From Oscillospiraceae bacterium (lineage in GTDB: Bacteria > Bacillota > Clostridia > Oscillospirales > UBA929), in assembly GCA_031546715.1 (NCBI GenBank), contig JAVBKA010000036.1, forward strand, positions 1-26,255: a stretch of 26,255 nt of DNA, in the 5' to 3' direction. The notes under the pieces are model-generated. The model was not told the origin of the DNA, searched no databases, and saw only the letters and a list, made by a program, of their open reading frames with translations. Shown piece by piece: positions 25,149 through 26,255 of this stretch. Numbering within the stretch: position 1 is the stretch's first letter; the number at the start of each line of letters is the position of its first letter. Made by a program: the position numbers and the translations under genes.

Positions 25149-25955
25149 CTAACATCTACACGAGCAGCAATCATGCACTAAGGCACACGTGTGCCTTAGT
25201 GCATGAATATTCGCATCCGGCAAGCTATGCCTCTTCAAAAACTTATCAAACCATTTAGGCAGGGTGTCAGGGTGCATTGGGACGCCATTCCATGATGTAA
25301 AAAGCCTGTCATTACTATTCCATAATTCCCCTATTTTTAAGCGCTCCTCAGTTTGCCAAACCTTATAAACCAATAGTATATCCATCAACCTCTGTGAAAG
25401 CTTTATTACTCGTTGAGAGCTTTTGTTTTTAGGCTCTTTTGTGATTATGCCTTGTTTGGGGATATATTGGCTTGAACGCTTCACGGCAAGTAGACTGCTG
25501 TTGAAATCAATATCTTTCCACTCTATCCCCAGCATCTCGCCTTTACGAATACCTGTATAGAGTAGAATATACACCATTGTCTTGTATTGGATAGGCTCAC
25601 CATCTAATGCATTTAGCAAAGCCGCAGCTTGGACTTCGTTCAAGTTGACGGCTTCTTTTTGTTGAACTTTGGGGGGCTTAACTTTCAGAGGAGTGACGGG
25701 CAAAATCCCCCACAAAACAGCAGTATTCATCATGCTAGATAGCAACACATGATAATGGTGAATCGTGCTATCTGATAATTTTCCACCTGTACGTTTATTC
25801 ATACCATCTTCCTGCAAGTTGTTATATAGTTCTTGAAAATGTAACGGCTTGAGCTTGTCCATCCGAAGATGACCGAGCGCCTGTTCCGCCCGTTTCCACA
25901 AAGCTCTGTACTCATCTTCCCAAGAGCGGAGAGACACAGATGTTTCCAGAGGTAT
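25149..25955 (-). pseudogene. Tyrosine recombinase/phage integrase fragment. The N-terminal arm-binding domain and the C-terminal catalytic Tyr region are both missing.
   Basis: Core-binding similarity (LKPLHFQELYNNLQEDG...STIHHYHVLLSSMMNTAVLWGILPVTP) and box II HALRHT are present. The ORF stops 6 codons after box II inside a palindrome. The N-terminal 30 codons of the tracked ORF are antisense to a GC-rich phage gene. The local GC is about 40%. Confidence 0.75.
25171..25206. repeat. Perfect 36-bp palindrome TCATGCACTAAGGCACAC|GTGTGCCTTAGTGCATGA, centred exactly where integrase homology ends.
   Basis: Seen in sequence. The left arm encodes HALRHT on the minus strand. The right arm is its mirror and reads as a spurious CALVHD. 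Confidence 0.9.
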
Positions 25956-25960
25956 AGCGT

Positions 25961-26255
25961 ATGCTGACGCCCGAATACCTCCAAGCCGTGCCGGACAGGA
26001 TGGTAGCGCTGTACGCAAAAGCTGAGGCGGATATTCTCGCCGACATGGCACGGCGCATCAGCGGGTACAACATGTTTATCCCTGCCGCGCAGCATCAGCT
26101 TGATAAACTGGTTGAAATGGGCGGTGTACGTGAGGATATTATCGCCAAGCTTCGGCAATTGACAGGCAAAAGTCGCACAGAAATGGCAGACATCATGCGT
26201 GAGGCTGGCATGGAGGCTATTCGAGCTGACGATGCTATCTACAAAACCGCAGGAC
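25961..26255 (+). CDS. Phage minor head/capsid morphogenesis protein, N-terminal part. It runs off the right edge of the window.
   Basis: The open frame from the ATG at 25961 to the window end reads MLTPEYLQAVPDRMVALYAKAEADILADMARRISGYNMFIPAAQHQLDKLVEMGGVREDIIAKLRQLTGKSRTEMADIMREAG..., which resembles siphovirus minor capsid (SPP1 gp7-like) N-termini. An AGAGG SD precedes it. The GC is about 55-57% against about 40% in the adjacent integrase. Confidence 0.5.
   Translation, partial: MLTPEYLQAVPDRMVALYAKAEADILADMARRISGYNMFIPAAQHQLDKLVEMGGVREDIIAKLRQLTGKSRTEMADIMREAGMEAIRADDAIYKTAG

Noticed and set aside
25962-26051. The first 30 codons (MPCRREYPPQLLRTALPSCPARLGGIRASAY) of the tracked integrase ORF 25149-26051.
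   Set aside because: This stretch lies antisense to the GC-rich phage head gene and has no integrase similarity. Integrase homology begins only around 25950, so the upstream extension is an ORF-track artefact across a sequence junction.

Overview
This window is mostly conserved chromosomal core from a Firmicutes/Clostridia-type genome at about 50% GC. A prophage or integrative-element remnant begins near position 24.83 kb and runs off the right edge. Gene order, left to right:

- A large hybrid sensor histidine kinase runs off the left edge on the minus strand. It has not been matched to any six-frame ORF listed in that region.
- An intracellular GH18 chitinase-like enzyme lies just upstream of it on the same strand.
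- lexA is translationally coupled to a YifB/ComM-family AAA+ ATPase.
- mnmG (gidA) follows.
- An XRE-HTH plus TPR regulator is transcribed divergently from an NfeD, DinJ/RelB-like antitoxin, flotillin (SPFH) operon. No toxin gene accompanies the antitoxin.
- A lipoprotein gene follows the operon.
- Next is a Bacillus-like yaaO to yabD block: alanine racemase coupled to an Orn/Lys/Arg-decarboxylase-family enzyme, then darA (yaaQ), holB, ricT (yaaT) and tatD.
- A GyrI-like protein follows.
- A four-gene cluster follows: two paired polytopic membrane proteins, a membrane-anchored M20 peptidase and a secreted FAD-dependent oxidoreductase lipoprotein.

The prophage remnant consists of a partial tRNA 3' end (att-like), an integrase pseudogene truncated at both ends and ending in a perfect 36-bp palindrome, and an abrupt GC jump into a phage minor-head-protein gene.

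The most unusual features are:

- the antitoxin gene embedded in the NfeD-flotillin operon, together with a pair of dyad operators on its back-to-back promoters;
- the feature-dense 450-bp lexA upstream region, which holds overlapping divergent promoters, a composite repeat array, an orphan minus-strand terminator, an 8-codon micro-ORF with a perfect RBS, and a Cheo-like box on the lexA -35;
- the rearranged integrase junction.
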